Positions 27,772 to 38,294 of a DNA stretch of 64,000 bases are shown in pieces. A program made the position numbers and the translations under genes. This DNA is from an uncultured Candidatus Saccharibacteria bacterium (GTDB lineage Bacteria > Patescibacteriota > Minisyncoccia > UBA9983), in the NCBI GenBank assembly GCA_964372755.1, contig CAYJQX010000002.1, positions 10,287-74,286 of the forward strand, given 5' to 3'. How positions within the stretch are numbered: position 1 is the first letter of the stretch; every line of letters begins with the position of its first letter. The notes beneath the pieces were generated by a model. It did no database searches, was not told the DNA's origin, and saw only the letters and a program-made list of their open reading frames with translations.

Positions 27772-29673
27772 TTAATCTTCTTTAATTTCCGCGTCTCTTG
27801 GCTCACCACTCCCATTATCTTTCTTTTCGTTTTCCCCATTGTTCTTTTTCTCTTCCGCTTCTTTTTCTTGGGTAGCTTTATAAAGAATTTCGCCTATTTT
27901 TTGAATAGCCAAAGACAATTCCTCCGTCGCTTTTTTTAGCGATTCAATATCATCGCCATCCTTTATCTTTTTAAGGGCTTCAATTTTACCCTCTATTTCT
28001 GTTTTGAGGTCAGAGGGCACTTTGTCCCCAGCGTCCCGCAAGGATTTTTCTGAAGTATAAATAAGAGCATCGGCATTATTTCTGATTTCTATCGCTTCTC
28101 TTTTCTTTTTGTCTTCCTCGGCGTGCGCTTCCGCGTCCTTGGTCATTTTTTCTATATCTTCTTTGGTTAATCCAGAAGAAGCTTCTATCCTAATTGTCTG
28201 GACTTTATTTGTGGCCTTATCTTTGGCGGTAACGCTTAATATGCCGTTTACATCTATATCAAAAGAAACTTCTACTTGAGGCATGCCTCGAGGAGCGGGC
28301 GGAATACCGTCCAAAATAAACCGGCCTAAAGTCTTGTTATCTTGCGCCATTTCTCTTTCTCCTTGCAAAACGTGAATCTCTACAGACGGCTGATTGTCCG
28401 CGGCCGTGGAAAAAATCTGGGATTTGGTTGCGGGGATAGTGGTGTTTTTTGCAATAACTTTGGTCATCACGCCTCCCAAGGTTTCTATTCCCAGAGAAAG
28501 CGGGGTGACATCCAATAAAAGAACATCTTTGACATCTCCTTGCATAATTCCCGCCTGAACAGCCGCGCCCAAAGCCACCACTTCATCTGGATTGATGGTT
28601 TTGTTTGGTTCTTTTCCAAAAAGCTCTTTAACAGCTTGCACAATGGCCGGCATGCGAGTCTGGCCTCCCACCAAGATGACTTCGTCCATTTCAGAGATTT
28701 TAAAACCGGCATGCTCCACTGCTCTTTTTGTAATTTGAATAGAAGAAGAAATATAATCACTCACAAGTTCTTCCAGTTTTGAGCGTGATAATTTTAGGAG
28801 CAAATGCACAGGGCCGGAATTATCCGAAGTGATAAAAGGAATATTTATTTCTGTTTCTACCGTTGTGGAAAGTTCGTGTTTAGCTTTTTCGGCGGCTTCT
28901 TTCAACCTTTGGAGAGCGATATTGTCTTTGGACACGTCTATCCCGCTTTCTTTTTTGAATTCGGAAACAATCCACATAATGATTTTCTGATCAAAATCGT
29001 CTCCTCCCAAGTGGGTATCTCCATCCGTTCCTTTTACTTCTATAACATCATCCCCGACCTCAAGCACGGAAACGTCAAAAGTACCGCCACCTAAGTCGTA
29101 GACGACAATCTTCTCATTCTTTTTTTTGTTGAATCCGTAAGCCAAAGCGGCCGCTGTCGGCTCGTTTATAATGCGGCGAACTTTAAAGCCGGCAATCTCT
29201 CCCGCGTCTTTAGTGGCTCTTCTTTGAGCGTCATCAAAATAGGCTGGCACGGTGATAATAGCCTCCTCTATTTTTTCTCCCAGTTGAGCTTCGGCATCAT
29301 GTTTTAGCTTCTGAAGAATCATCGCTGAAATTTCTTCCGGACGATAAGTTTTGTCATTAAGTTTTATTTTTACCCCGTCGGCTTCGGCGGAAACCACTTC
29401 ATAAGGAAGCAAAGTTTTGTCCTTAGAAACTTCTTTGTCACTCCATTTTCTCCCGATAAGGCGCTTAACCGAATAAATCGTGTTTTTAGGATTTGTAACG
29501 GCCTGACGTTTGGCCAAAAGACCAACCAGTCTTTCGTTAGATTTGGAAATAGCTACTACTGAAGGAGTGGTACGGACACCCTCGGTGTTTTCAATTATTT
29601 TTGGTTGTCCGCCTTCAACAACAGCCATTGCTGAATTTGTAGTACCGAGATCAATGCCTAAAATTTTTGCCAT
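27772..29673 (-). CDS. dnaK: Chaperone DnaK (Hsp70)
   Basis: [41 protein letters not shown]. Confidence 0.95.
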   Translation of the reverse strand: MAKILGIDLGTTNSAMAVVEGGQPKIIENTEGVRTTPSVVAISKSNERLVGLLAKRQAVTNPKNTIYSVKRLIGRKWSDKEVSKDKTLLPYEVVSAEADGVKIKLNDKTYRPEEISAMILQKLKHDAEAQLGEKIEEAIITVPAYFDDAQRRATKDAGEIAGFKVRRIINEPTAAALAYGFNKKKNEKIVVYDLGGGTFDVSVLEVGDDVIEVKGTDGDTHLGGDDFDQKIIMWIVSEFKKESGIDVSKDNIALQRLKEAAEKAKHELSTTVETEINIPFITSDNSGPVHLLLKLSRSKLEELVSDYISSSIQITKRAVEHAGFKISEMDEVILVGGQTRMPAIVQAVKELFGKEPNKTINPDEVVALGAAVQAGIMQGDVKDVLLLDVTPLSLGIETLGGVMTKVIAKNTTIPATKSQIFSTAADNQPSVEIHVLQGEREMAQDNKTLGRFILDGIPPAPRGMPQVEVSFDIDVNGILSVTAKDKATNKVQTIRIEASSGLTKEDIEKMTKDAEAHAEEDKKKREAIEIRNNADALIYTSEKSLRDAGDKVPSDLKTEIEGKIEALKKIKDGDDIESLKKATEELSLAIQKIGEILYKATQEKEAEEKKNNGENEKKDNGSGEPRDAEIKED

Positions 29674-29741
29674 AGTTTTAATTAATTAATTTAGAATTTT
29701 GTAATATCTAATTTTGAGAATAGACAATTTTAAAATTTAAA

Positions 29742-30320
29742 TTATTTTTTCTCATATTTCCCAACCTTCACTTGCGCTGGGCGTATAACAGAGTTATGAA
29801 GCGCATAACCCTTCACAACCTCTTCTATTATTATACCTTCTTTCTCGTTTGTGTCAATAGGCACTTCTCCTACGGATTCATGCCTTACGGGATCCAACTT
29901 TTCCCCGAGGGAGGAATAAGGTTCCACGCCTTGATTCTTTAATATTTCCAGCAATTTCAAGCGAATATTTTCTATCCCTAAACGCCAATTTTTGTCTACC
30001 GATTCCCAAGCTGTCTTGTTTGACATGGCTCTGTCAAAGCTATCAGCTACTTCTAAAAATTGTAACACCAGAGAACGATTTGAAAACTTAATAAAATCAA
30101 CTCTTCGGTTTTCTTCTTCCTTTCTGGCGTTTATAAAGTCAGCCTTTGCTCTTTGCCAGCCGTCTAAATATTCGCGTTTTTCAGACTCACAGATCTTTAG
30201 TTTTTCTTTGAGTTTTTTTATTTCATCCAAGGCGTCTTTTTCGGGAAAATCGTCATCTGCCTTAAAGTCTTCTAGTTCAATTTCTTCTTGATCTTGATTT
30301 TTATTTTGATCTTGTTGCAT
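29742..30320 (-). CDS. grpE: Nucleotide exchange factor GrpE
   Basis: Coiled-coil N-terminus and GrpE C-terminal domain. Sits in a grpE-dnaK-dnaJ arrangement. Confidence 0.8.
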   Translation of the reverse strand: MQQDQNKNQDQEEIELEDFKADDDFPEKDALDEIKKLKEKLKICESEKREYLDGWQRAKADFINARKEEENRRVDFIKFSNRSLVLQFLEVADSFDRAMSNKTAWESVDKNWRLGIENIRLKLLEILKNQGVEPYSSLGEKLDPVRHESVGEVPIDTNEKEGIIIEEVVKGYALHNSVIRPAQVKVGKYEKK

Positions 30321-30475
30321 TTCTTTATGTAGATTATAACATGCTGAAAAAATTTAATTTTCTTAGTCTTTAAGAGATCAACAAAAGAACATGGTGGTTC
30401 AAAATCTGCTAATTTTGAACCGATTTTTACGCTTAAAAATCGCCTGATACCTTTCCTCTCCTTAATTCCGTAAGC

Positions 30476-30895
30476 TTAACGCTTACTCCACTGCGGAGCT
30501 TTGCGGGCTTTTTTCAAACCAAACTTGCGTCTTTCTTTCATTCGCGCGTCGCGAGTGAGCAATCCTAATTTTTTAACCGGGGATTTAAAGGTCGCGGGTT
30601 CTTTTTTGGCCAAGGCTCTTGCAAGACCGTGGATCAAAGCCTCTGCTTGAGAGTGAATTCCACCTCCTTTGACATGAACGCTTATGGAAAAATCTGTCGG
30701 AACATTCACATTTTTCATGTTGGAATCAATCAAATGCTGAAGTTCTCTAGTGACAAAATAGTCTTTAAGTTTCTTATTGTTTACGGTAATCCCACTTGAA
30801 CCTTCTTTTAAGATCCGGACCCGAGCGGTGGAAGTTTTTCTCCTGCCTACCGCTTCAATATATAATTTTCCGATTTTTGTTTTTGTTTCTGACAT
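30476..30895 (-). CDS. rpsI: Ribosomal protein S9 (start probably at MSETKTK, the internal Met of the track ORF)
   Basis: GGGIHSQAEALIHGLARAL...KARKAPQWSKR. The track ORF overlaps rplM by 23 nt, so the shorter start is preferred. Confidence 0.8.
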   Translation of the reverse strand: MSETKTKIGKLYIEAVGRRKTSTARVRILKEGSSGITVNNKKLKDYFVTRELQHLIDSNMKNVNVPTDFSISVHVKGGGIHSQAEALIHGLARALAKKEPATFKSPVKKLGLLTRDARMKERRKFGLKKARKAPQWSKR

Positions 30896-30896
30896 G

Positions 30897-31262
30897 TTAT
30901 TTAAATTGAATTTTACCAATAAGAATATCCGCTAATTTATTTTTCGGGAGCATGCCTTTTACGGTTTTTATGAAAACATATTTATTTCCTTTGTCGGCCA
31001 AAGTTCTTTTCAGGCTTGTCATTTTTAGTCCGCTTGGATATCCTGAATATCTTAAATAGCCGGTAGTTTCCAGTTTTTTCAGGTCTATTTTTATCTTATC
31101 TATATTCTTGATATGAAGAACTATGTCCGGAGCCTTGTAAGGGGCAAAAGAAGGTTCTTCTTTCCCGCGCACCATGGATGCCGCCCTTGACGCCGCTCTC
31201 CCCAATGGCTTGTGGGCCACATCAAGAGTTATTATTTTTGTTTCCGTTGAAGTTTTTTTCAT
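30897..31262 (-). CDS. rplM: Ribosomal protein L13
   Basis: IITLDVAHKPLGRAASRAASMVRGK. Confidence 0.8.
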   Translation of the reverse strand: MKKTSTETKIITLDVAHKPLGRAASRAASMVRGKEEPSFAPYKAPDIVLHIKNIDKIKIDLKKLETTGYLRYSGYPSGLKMTSLKRTLADKGNKYVFIKTVKGMLPKNKLADILIGKIQFK

Positions 31263-31290
31263 ATTCTGGTTTAGGACTTAGTGAAAAGTA

Positions 31291-31638
31291 TTAGACAAAT
31301 TCAATGATTGCCATAGGGCTGGCATCTCGAACCCTTACAGGGAGCTTAACAACTCTGGTGTATCCTCCGGCTCTTTCTTTGAATTTCGGAGCGTGAGTAT
31401 CAAAAAGAGTTTTGGCTGGTAAATAACCAACCTCTGCTTCTATTGCCCTTCTCTTGGCTATGGTTCCTGTTTTTGCGCCGGAGATCATTTTTTCTATATA
31501 CGGTCTTAACTCTTTGGCTTTGGCTTCGGTTGTTTTAATTTTACCAGTCTTAATTAAGCCAACAGCCAAGGAGCGCATAAGAGCTTTTCTTACGCCGGCT
31601 TTTCTGCCAAATTTTCTGCCTTTTTTTGAGTGTCTCAT
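31291..31638 (-). CDS. rplQ: Ribosomal protein L17
   Basis: MRHSKKGRKFGRKAGVRKALMRSL. Confidence 0.85.
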   Translation of the reverse strand: MRHSKKGRKFGRKAGVRKALMRSLAVGLIKTGKIKTTEAKAKELRPYIEKMISGAKTGTIAKRRAIEAEVGYLPAKTLFDTHAPKFKERAGGYTRVVKLPVRVRDASPMAIIEFV

Positions 31639-31659
31639 ACGCTTCCTTTTTAATAAATA

Positions 31660-32631
31660 TTATTTTAAATCTAAGCCGTAGCCTGTCAAAGCTACTTTGA
31701 CTTCATCTATCGCTTTTTTGCCAATGCCTTCCATTTTTAATAAATCGGCTTCCTTCTTTCTTACCAACCCGCCTATTGTTCGAATACCGGCTTTGGCAAA
31801 AGAATTCATTGTTCTGGATGAAAGATTCAGGTCTTCGATTCTGGTTTTAAGAACTTCTGAATTGTCTTCAGATTCGCTATTTTCCGAGAAAGACATTTCA
31901 TTGGAGAGTTCTTCTCCAGAGACTTCCTCGCTTCTTCTTTCTTCAAAACCCAAAATCGACTTTAGATGTTCTACCATAATAGAGATGGAGTTTTCCAAAG
32001 CTTCTCTTGGGGAAACTATGCCATCCGTTTCTATAATGATACGCAAGCGGTTATAGTCTGTTCGATCGCCCACGCGCATGTTTTCCACTTCGTAAGTCAC
32101 CCTTCTTATGGGCGTGAATATAGCATCTAGGAAAATTGTTCCGATCTCTACTTTGCTTCTTGCTTGCAGAACATCTCGAGAAATATAACCCAAACCCTTT
32201 TCTATAGTGAATTCTGCTTCAAAAGAAGCATCTTTGCTGGTCAAAGTGGCAATTTCTGCGTCTTCATTTAAAACTTCCAACTGAGAAGGCGCTTTTATAT
32301 CGCCTGCTGTAACATTCTTTATTCCCTTTACTGAAATGCTCGCCTTTTGAGGTTCGTCGGTAAGCATTTTAAAACGAATTTTTTTAAGGCGCAAAAGAAT
32401 AGTGATAATATCTTCTTTTACATTCGGTAAAGTAGAAAATTCATGGGGCACCCCCTCTATTTTTAAACTAGTGATAGCGGCTCCCGGCATGGAAGACAGA
32501 ATAATTCGACGAAGAGAGTTTCCTAAAGTATGGCCATAACCAGCATAAAGACCATCTATTTCGTAGATTCCTTTTGTTTCGTTCTCCTCAATTACTCGAG
32601 GTTTTGATGGCATACTGATGAGATATTCCAT
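31660..32631 (-). CDS. rpoA: DNA-directed RNA polymerase subunit alpha
   Basis: N-terminal dimerisation domain plus C-terminal alpha-CTD (LNLSSRTMNSFAKAGIRTIGGL). Gene context rpsD-rpoA-rplQ. Confidence 0.9.
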   Translation of the reverse strand: MEYLISMPSKPRVIEENETKGIYEIDGLYAGYGHTLGNSLRRIILSSMPGAAITSLKIEGVPHEFSTLPNVKEDIITILLRLKKIRFKMLTDEPQKASISVKGIKNVTAGDIKAPSQLEVLNEDAEIATLTSKDASFEAEFTIEKGLGYISRDVLQARSKVEIGTIFLDAIFTPIRRVTYEVENMRVGDRTDYNRLRIIIETDGIVSPREALENSISIMVEHLKSILGFEERRSEEVSGEELSNEMSFSENSESEDNSEVLKTRIEDLNLSSRTMNSFAKAGIRTIGGLVRKKEADLLKMEGIGKKAIDEVKVALTGYGLDLK

Positions 32632-32669
32632 AAGACTTTTTCTTTAAGTTAACTATTAATTTTTTGTCT

Positions 32670-33275
32670 CTAACGACTATAAAATTCCAAAATAATGTCC
32701 AGTGTTCCGCGAATGCCCTCATCGTCGACATTGGGCACGCCTTTAATTTCGGCAATCTTTTTTTCTCTATCCAAATCTATCCAGTTGGGCACGTTGCGTT
32801 TTTTTAAAAGAATATCTATGTCTTTGAAAAAACCTTTGTCTACAGATTGAGGCCTGATAGATAGTTTATCGCCAATCCTCAAAGCGTATGAAGGAATATT
32901 TACTCTTCTGCCGTTTACCATAATATGGCCATGCGAAACCATCTGCCTAGCCACGGATCGCTTATCTGTAAAACCCGCTCGAAAAACGGCGCTATCCAGT
33001 CTGCTCTCAAGCAAAGCATAAAGTTTTACCGAAGAATCACCTTTTATGGCGGAGGCCTTTTCGATTAAGGCGCTGAATTGTTTTTCTCTCAGGCCGTAAT
33101 TGATTTTCATTTTTTGCTTTTCTCTAAGTTGCAGGCCATAGTCGGTAGTTTTTTTGGCGTGTTTTTTGCGTGGAGCAGGCGCTCCGCCTGCCGCGCCACG
33201 GCCTTTAACCTTATCTCTTGCAATATTTCGATAAGTCTTAGGATAAGTAAATCTTGTCTTGGCTTTAGTTGTCAT
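32670..33275 (-). CDS. rpsD: Ribosomal protein S4
   Basis: S4 domain ARQMVSHGHIMVNGRRVNIPSYALRIGD. Confidence 0.85.
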   Translation of the reverse strand: MTTKAKTRFTYPKTYRNIARDKVKGRGAAGGAPAPRKKHAKKTTDYGLQLREKQKMKINYGLREKQFSALIEKASAIKGDSSVKLYALLESRLDSAVFRAGFTDKRSVARQMVSHGHIMVNGRRVNIPSYALRIGDKLSIRPQSVDKGFFKDIDILLKKRNVPNWIDLDREKKIAEIKGVPNVDDEGIRGTLDIILEFYSR

Positions 33276-33286
33276 TTTTGTATTTT

Positions 33287-33718
33287 TTAAACTCTTCTAG
33301 GCTTAGGCGGTTTTGGTCCGTTATGTGGCACGGGGGTCATATCGCGAATAGTATTTATTACAACGCCTTTGGCTGCTAAGGCGCGCACAGAAGCTTCTCT
33401 TCCAGAACCCACACCCTTGATAACTACATCAACTTCCTGTAGGCCTATCATCTGCCCTTTATCTATTACTAGTTCCATTACTTTACTGGCCGCATATGGG
33501 GTGCCCTTTTTGGCTCCTTTAAAACCAAGTGATCCGCTTGAGGACCAAGCAATAACATGGCCTTCTGGATCGGTAAGGTTGATAAGGGTGTTATTATAGG
33601 TGGCATTTATACATACCACGCCACTTGCGATTTTTTTCTTTGGAATTTTTTCCATTGACCTTGCCTTCTGCCCTTGGTCAACTGTTCCTCCACCTTTTAC
33701 TATGCGTTTTTTCCCCAT
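33287..33718 (-). CDS. rpsK: Ribosomal protein S11 (start may be the internal Met at 33655)
   Basis: GVVCINATYNNTLINLTDPEGHVIAWSSSGSLGFKGAKKGTPYAA. Confidence 0.85.
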   Translation of the reverse strand: MGKKRIVKGGGTVDQGQKARSMEKIPKKKIASGVVCINATYNNTLINLTDPEGHVIAWSSSGSLGFKGAKKGTPYAASKVMELVIDKGQMIGLQEVDVVIKGVGSGREASVRALAAKGVVINTIRDMTPVPHNGPKPPKPRRV

Positions 33719-33777
33719 ACTAATTTTTGTTTAAAAGTTTTACTTTGATGTTCCTGATTAAATGACCTTCCTGACGA

Positions 33778-34158
33778 TTATGTTTTCTCAAGTTTTCTTC
33801 TACCGCTTCCCATGGTAACTCTCACATTTCCTCTGATTGTTCGGGTGTTAGTTTTGGTGCGCTGACCTCTTGAAGGAAGTCTTCTGGAATGACGGGTTCC
33901 GCGATAACTTTTTATATCTTTGAGTCTTTTAATGTTTGAACTGATCTCTCTTCTTAGGTCGCCTTCTATTTTAAATTTGGCGATAGCGTCTCTTAAGGCA
34001 CCTGATTCCACACTGGTTAGGTCTTGGATTTTTTTTGTAGGTGCAATATTGAGATTACCCAGAATTTTTTTAGCCAGAGAAGTTCCTATCCCATATACAT
34101 AGGAAAGAGAAATATCCGCTCTTTTATTGTCTGGTATGTTTGTGCCGGCTATACGCAT
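33778..34158 (-). CDS. rpsM: Ribosomal protein S13
   Basis: MRIAGTNIPDNKRADISLSYVYGIG. Confidence 0.85.
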   Translation of the reverse strand: MRIAGTNIPDNKRADISLSYVYGIGTSLAKKILGNLNIAPTKKIQDLTSVESGALRDAIAKFKIEGDLRREISSNIKRLKDIKSYRGTRHSRRLPSRGQRTKTNTRTIRGNVRVTMGSGRRKLEKT

Positions 34159-34184
34159 AGATACAATGTTTTGATTTTTATAAA

Positions 34185-34301
34185 TTATCCTTGTCTTTGT
34201 TTGTGTTTCGGGTTTTTTCTACAGATAACATGGACTCGGCCTTTCCGTCGAACCATCTTGCAATTCATACAAATTTTTTTTACTGAAGCTCTGATTTTCA
34301 T
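34185..34301 (-). CDS. rpmJ: Ribosomal protein L36 (not in the ORF track, translated by hand)
   Basis: Minus-strand translation gives [38 protein letters not shown], the canonical L36 zinc ribbon. Confidence 0.8.
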   Translation of the reverse strand: MKIRASVKKICMNCKMVRRKGRVHVICRKNPKHKQRQG

Positions 34302-34378
34302 ATTCTAATTCTTATTTTAGCGCCATAATAAACATGCCGATTTTGGATATTTAATCCTGCAAAACACATTGCAGAGAC

Positions 34379-34597
34379 TTATATTCTCTGCACAATCCTC
34401 CCTTTGGTGTTGTCGTATGGAGTCATCTCCACCTTGACGCGGTCACCGATTAACACTTTTATTCTAAATTTCCGCATTTTTCCGGAAAGATGTCCGAGAA
34501 TTTCTCGTCCATCCTGCTCAAGGCGCACACGAAAAGTGGCATTTGGTAACGCTTCAACCGCTTCACCTATGAGTATTATTTCGGACCTTTCTGCCAT
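34379..34597 (-). CDS. infA: Translation initiation factor IF-1
   Basis: 72 aa S1-like fold. [38 protein letters not shown]. Confidence 0.85.
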   Translation of the reverse strand: MAERSEIILIGEAVEALPNATFRVRLEQDGREILGHLSGKMRKFRIKVLIGDRVKVEMTPYDNTKGRIVQRI

Positions 34598-34655
34598 TAA
34601 TTTGAGCTGTTTTCCATTCTAGCAGAAATTAGCTATTTTAGTCAAGAGGCTTGGG

Positions 34656-35649
34656 TAATATCCAAACACTTTTGGCACTTTTTACTAGAGTTAACTAATG
34701 AGTGTAAAAATGCCTAGAAACATACTAGAGGAGCGTTTAAGATGGGTTCTCCCCGTCATAAACCGGGAGGTTAGATTAAAGGATATAATCACAGTCTGCC
34801 CACACAGTGAGCGGAGTGTGAAAAGATGGCTTTCTGTCTTCCGCAAAGGCGGAGCAGAAGCTCTAAAGGCAAAAAGTACCAGGCCAAAGACACAGCCAAA
34901 CGAAACACCGATACGGATTAAGGAAAGGGTGATTGATCTGCGGAAAGAAACCAGCCTTTGCGCCAAGAAGCTCCACTGGAAACTCAAAAAACAGGGACTC
35001 CTTGTTCCAGTGAGCACTATTGGCAAGATACTCAAAGATGAAAACTTGGTCAGAAAATACCGAGTACGGAAAATTAAATACAGATATATTAAAGCAGAGA
35101 GACAACCGGGTGAATTGGTGGAGATTGACGTGAAATATGTACCTGAAAGCATTGAGGGAAAAGAGTATTTTCAATACACGGCCATTGATACTGCCAGTAA
35201 ATGGCGACATCTAAACGCCTACGATGAGCAATCAAGTTACCATAGCATCTGCTTCTTGGAAGAAGTCATCGCTAAATTTCCTCACAAAATCCAAGCCATC
35301 AAAACGGACAATGGATCAATCTTCACCAACTACTATGTTGGTTCAACCAGAAGAAGCGACCTGACCGTGAAAACAATACACGCCCTCGACCGATTCTGCG
35401 GGAAGAGAAATATCATCCACTACCTGATTGATCCCGGCAAACCAGCCCAGAATGGAACGGTAGAACGAAGTCATCGGGAAGATCAAGAGAAATTCTACGA
35501 CCAAAACAAATTCAAAACATTTAAAGACTTAAAAGCCAAACTAGCAGTTTGGAACAACTACTACAACAACCTAGAGCATTGCTCGCTTAATGGGAAAACA
35601 CCCAACGAAATGATAGAATCTTTAGTGCCAGAAGAGGTTAGTTAAAACA
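34656..35649 (+). mobile_element. IS481-family insertion sequence, copy 1 (994 bp) with 6-bp target-site duplication CTTGGG
   Basis: 100% identical to 43967-44960. CTTGGG occurs at 34650-34655 and 35650-35655. Imperfect TIRs share an inner ...CTTT(T/C)TGGCAC. Confidence 0.8.
34698..35645 (+). CDS. IS481-family DDE transposase (N-terminal HTH, rve integrase core)
   Basis: 315 aa. TDNGSIF...NGTVERSHRE DDE region and an HTH N-terminus. Confidence 0.8.
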   Translation: MSVKMPRNILEERLRWVLPVINREVRLKDIITVCPHSERSVKRWLSVFRKGGAEALKAKSTRPKTQPNETPIRIKERVIDLRKETSLCAKKLHWKLKKQGLLVPVSTIGKILKDENLVRKYRVRKIKYRYIKAERQPGELVEIDVKYVPESIEGKEYFQYTAIDTASKWRHLNAYDEQSSYHSICFLEEVIAKFPHKIQAIKTDNGSIFTNYYVGSTRRSDLTVKTIHALDRFCGKRNIIHYLIDPGKPAQNGTVERSHREDQEKFYDQNKFKTFKDLKAKLAVWNNYYNNLEHCSLNGKTPNEMIESLVPEEVS

Positions 35650-35697
35650 CTTGGGTTAAATAGAAATAAAACCTTCATAATTTGCTCTTTTGCCGGA

Positions 35698-37005
35698 TTA
35701 TTGGGAAATTTCCTCTTCAAAAAATATTCTACTATGGTCTTTTGGCGGGGTTTTCCACCAAGAGGGGCGGTAGACAATGCTAGCTTTGTCGATATTTGAA
35801 TATTTTTTAAAAATTTGAGCTGGCTCTTCTTTATTTTCAATAAGATCTTTGGATAAACTTTCTTTGTCTATATTCCAAACTATATGCGGTTGCCCTGTAA
35901 GAGAAAAAAATATTTTCTTGTTTTCCTTATCTATCGATAGAAATGAAAACTCAAGCGACTCCATATTGGAAACTGTCACCTCGGAAGAATTTATTTCTCC
36001 TTTTGAGTTAATTTTTCCAACAATGGCATCCGATAAGGATTTTTTTGGCAACAAGTAAGCATCAATGCTGGCTACACCTTTGAGAACAAATGATTCCTTG
36101 GGAGAAGAAGATTCCGTGCCTATTTTGGTTCCTAGATCGGGATTGGATTCTTCTTCGTTGATTTCTATTTTATAGGCTGTTTTATATAAAATAAAATCGT
36201 CCGGTATTTCTTTGACAATTGAATTAACGGCTTCCCTTTCTAGTTTAGATACCAATTCTTTTTTAGCCTTATCGTAATCTTCTTTGGAGATAAAAACAGC
36301 TTTACCCACAAATCCTCCTTGAATAGAATCGACGGATCTTGCGTAAACATTGTCGTATTGCGGAGTGCCTTTAAGGCCGGGAATCTTAAAATCCACTCTT
36401 CCCACGTTGTATTCTTCGCCTTCTTCTTCGGCATAGATAGTCGCTTCCGCCGAACCTGGCGTTGCTCCCCTCCTGGCTGGCACCCGAACTGTTTCTCTGA
36501 TTCTAAATATTTTTCCCTCCGGTGTTTCAAAACGAGTTTGCCTTTTAATATCGGTGGGATGTCCGACAAGATTTTGCGCTGAGGAAGAATTATTAAAAAT
36601 CATTATCTTACCGCTAGCTTTTCCTCCGGAATCTCTGGTTTCTGTTGCAAAGCCCTCAACACTCATTGAATTTGTTGTTTTTTTTGCTGTTTTATAGGCA
36701 AGGACAGAATTAAGTTTAGACTCTGTGATATCAAATTTTCCTTCAAGGAAAAAAGTTTTTTGGACAGGGGTAATATGAACGGTCATGGAAGAAAGTTTGC
36801 TTGTGATATAGAAGCCTCCTCCTAAAACAACGGCTATGGCAAGAAACAAAAAATATTTAATTTTTCTACCGTAAGAAATTTTTGGTCTGAGAAAAAGCAA
36901 ATTTTCTTTATTTATTTTTTCCGGCTCAATCGTCTCTTCCTTTTTTTGAAAGAGATTGAATGTTTTTTTGCGGACTATTATATCGTCTATTTTTTTTCTG
37001 TTCAT
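35698..37005 (-). CDS. Hypothetical bitopic membrane protein (short cytoplasmic N-terminus, one TM, large extracytoplasmic domain), PilN/PilO-like in topology only
   Basis: TM at KYFLFLAIAVVLGGGFYITSKL. 4-bp overlap with the upstream actin-like ATPase gene. Confidence 0.3.
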   Translation of the reverse strand: MNRKKIDDIIVRKKTFNLFQKKEETIEPEKINKENLLFLRPKISYGRKIKYFLFLAIAVVLGGGFYITSKLSSMTVHITPVQKTFFLEGKFDITESKLNSVLAYKTAKKTTNSMSVEGFATETRDSGGKASGKIMIFNNSSSAQNLVGHPTDIKRQTRFETPEGKIFRIRETVRVPARRGATPGSAEATIYAEEEGEEYNVGRVDFKIPGLKGTPQYDNVYARSVDSIQGGFVGKAVFISKEDYDKAKKELVSKLEREAVNSIVKEIPDDFILYKTAYKIEINEEESNPDLGTKIGTESSSPKESFVLKGVASIDAYLLPKKSLSDAIVGKINSKGEINSSEVTVSNMESLEFSFLSIDKENKKIFFSLTGQPHIVWNIDKESLSKDLIENKEEPAQIFKKYSNIDKASIVYRPSWWKTPPKDHSRIFFEEEISQ

Positions 37006-38231
37006 TGTAAATGTTTTTTAGCGTAAAGGCTTTCTACTGCCAAGAAGGGATCGCTTATTTTTTGACGTGATTCGGTTTGATTAAAAAAACTGCTGAAACT
37101 ATTCACATTGATGGAGCGAAGATTAAAAGGTTTGCCAAGAATCGTAAAAGAAGAAAAATAACTATCTTCAAGGCAGGAAATAAATTTCTTGGAAACCCCA
37201 TCGCTTCCAAGAATAAAAAAATCTTGTGGCAGAGGCGTTTTTTCTTTTATCAGTTCAAAGATTTTTCTGAATTCAGCACACCATTCGGATTGGGCTTCCT
37301 CAATAGCTTTTATCATTTTGTCTTGATCATTTCCGTCCAAGTGCCCTTTCATGTAAGCCTCCAGTAGGGAATGGGTTTCCTTCGGTGAAGAGTTGAATCC
37401 AGAAGATATTTTTCTTAAAAGAACGTTTTTCCCTTTTGGAAAAGACAGATATTCTTCAATGGACTCGTCTTTAACTAAAATAAAATCCGTAGTTTCTCCG
37501 CTTATTTCTGTTAACAAAAATCCGTCTGAAGAATTAAAAAAACTCTTAATAATGCTAAAAATTACGTAGGGGAAAGTCCGAAAGGCTATTTCTTCGGTGC
37601 CAAAATTTTTGAAAATGTAGGAAGTAATTTTTTCCATCACTTCTTTTGCGCCAACACTCAAATATATTTCGGACTCCACTTCTTTGGCTTTTTTACCAAT
37701 AGGAGATTCTGTATGGTAACCGTTTAATTTTGTCTTAAGGAATTTTGATTCTATTATTGACGGGTTTTGATTGCCGAATTTTGAATAACCATAACCAAGC
37801 ACGCGAAATTTTTCGTTTAGTGCGTTGGTCTCGTCTCTTAAAATATCTTTGAAGAAACCGTTGGTGATTTCAAAAGGTAAATCTCTCTTTACTCTTATAA
37901 TCTTTGTTTCTGCGATAAACCAAGGAGAACCAAAAACACAAAGAACCCCGTCGATCTTTACGGGAAATTCTTTTTTTATTTTATCACTCACTTTCGTAAG
38001 AGCGTTTTCAGTGGCTCGAAAAAATGCTTCAAAATCTACGTCCGGCAAGAAATTGGAATGGTATCGATGCTTGGATAGTATTTTGATGGCTTTATCTCCT
38101 TGAATTTCAACCAAAGCTCCCCCTACGGATGCGCTTGAGACATCCAGAACAAAAAGTCTTCTTAATGAAGATTCATCTTTCTTAAAACCAAAAATGCGAG
38201 AAAGTTCTTTGATGAACGCCACGAGATACAT
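37002..38231 (-). CDS. Actin-like (ASKHA) ATPase-domain protein, PilM/FtsA-like or Ppx/GppA-like
   Basis: N-terminal LFVLDVSSASVGGALVE resembles the phosphate-1 motif of ASKHA ATPases. Weak. Confidence 0.3.
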   Translation of the reverse strand: MYLVAFIKELSRIFGFKKDESSLRRLFVLDVSSASVGGALVEIQGDKAIKILSKHRYHSNFLPDVDFEAFFRATENALTKVSDKIKKEFPVKIDGVLCVFGSPWFIAETKIIRVKRDLPFEITNGFFKDILRDETNALNEKFRVLGYGYSKFGNQNPSIIESKFLKTKLNGYHTESPIGKKAKEVESEIYLSVGAKEVMEKITSYIFKNFGTEEIAFRTFPYVIFSIIKSFFNSSDGFLLTEISGETTDFILVKDESIEEYLSFPKGKNVLLRKISSGFNSSPKETHSLLEAYMKGHLDGNDQDKMIKAIEEAQSEWCAEFRKIFELIKEKTPLPQDFFILGSDGVSKKFISCLEDSYFSSFTILGKPFNLRSINVNSFSSFFNQTESRQKISDPFLAVESLYAKKHLQ

Positions 38232-38294
38232 TGTATCATAATAGTTTGATAGCTCTAAAGACTTATCTAGTGGATATTTTGTTTTTTAGAAAAA

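Noticed and set aside
28485-29094. Several 80-96-aa ORFs on both strands within dnaK
   Set aside because: They are internal or antisense to the strongly supported dnaK reading frame.
30320-30475. CIRCE/HrcA operator upstream of grpE
   Set aside because: No TTAGCACTC-N9-GAGTGCTAA-like inverted repeat is present. Only an unrelated 10-bp hairpin.
34691-35210. Antisense ORFs (153 aa and 115 aa) inside IS481 copy 1, and their identical twins in copy 2 at 44002-44521
   Set aside because: These are shadow ORFs on the strand opposite the well-supported DDE transposase. They have no motifs and low-complexity composition.
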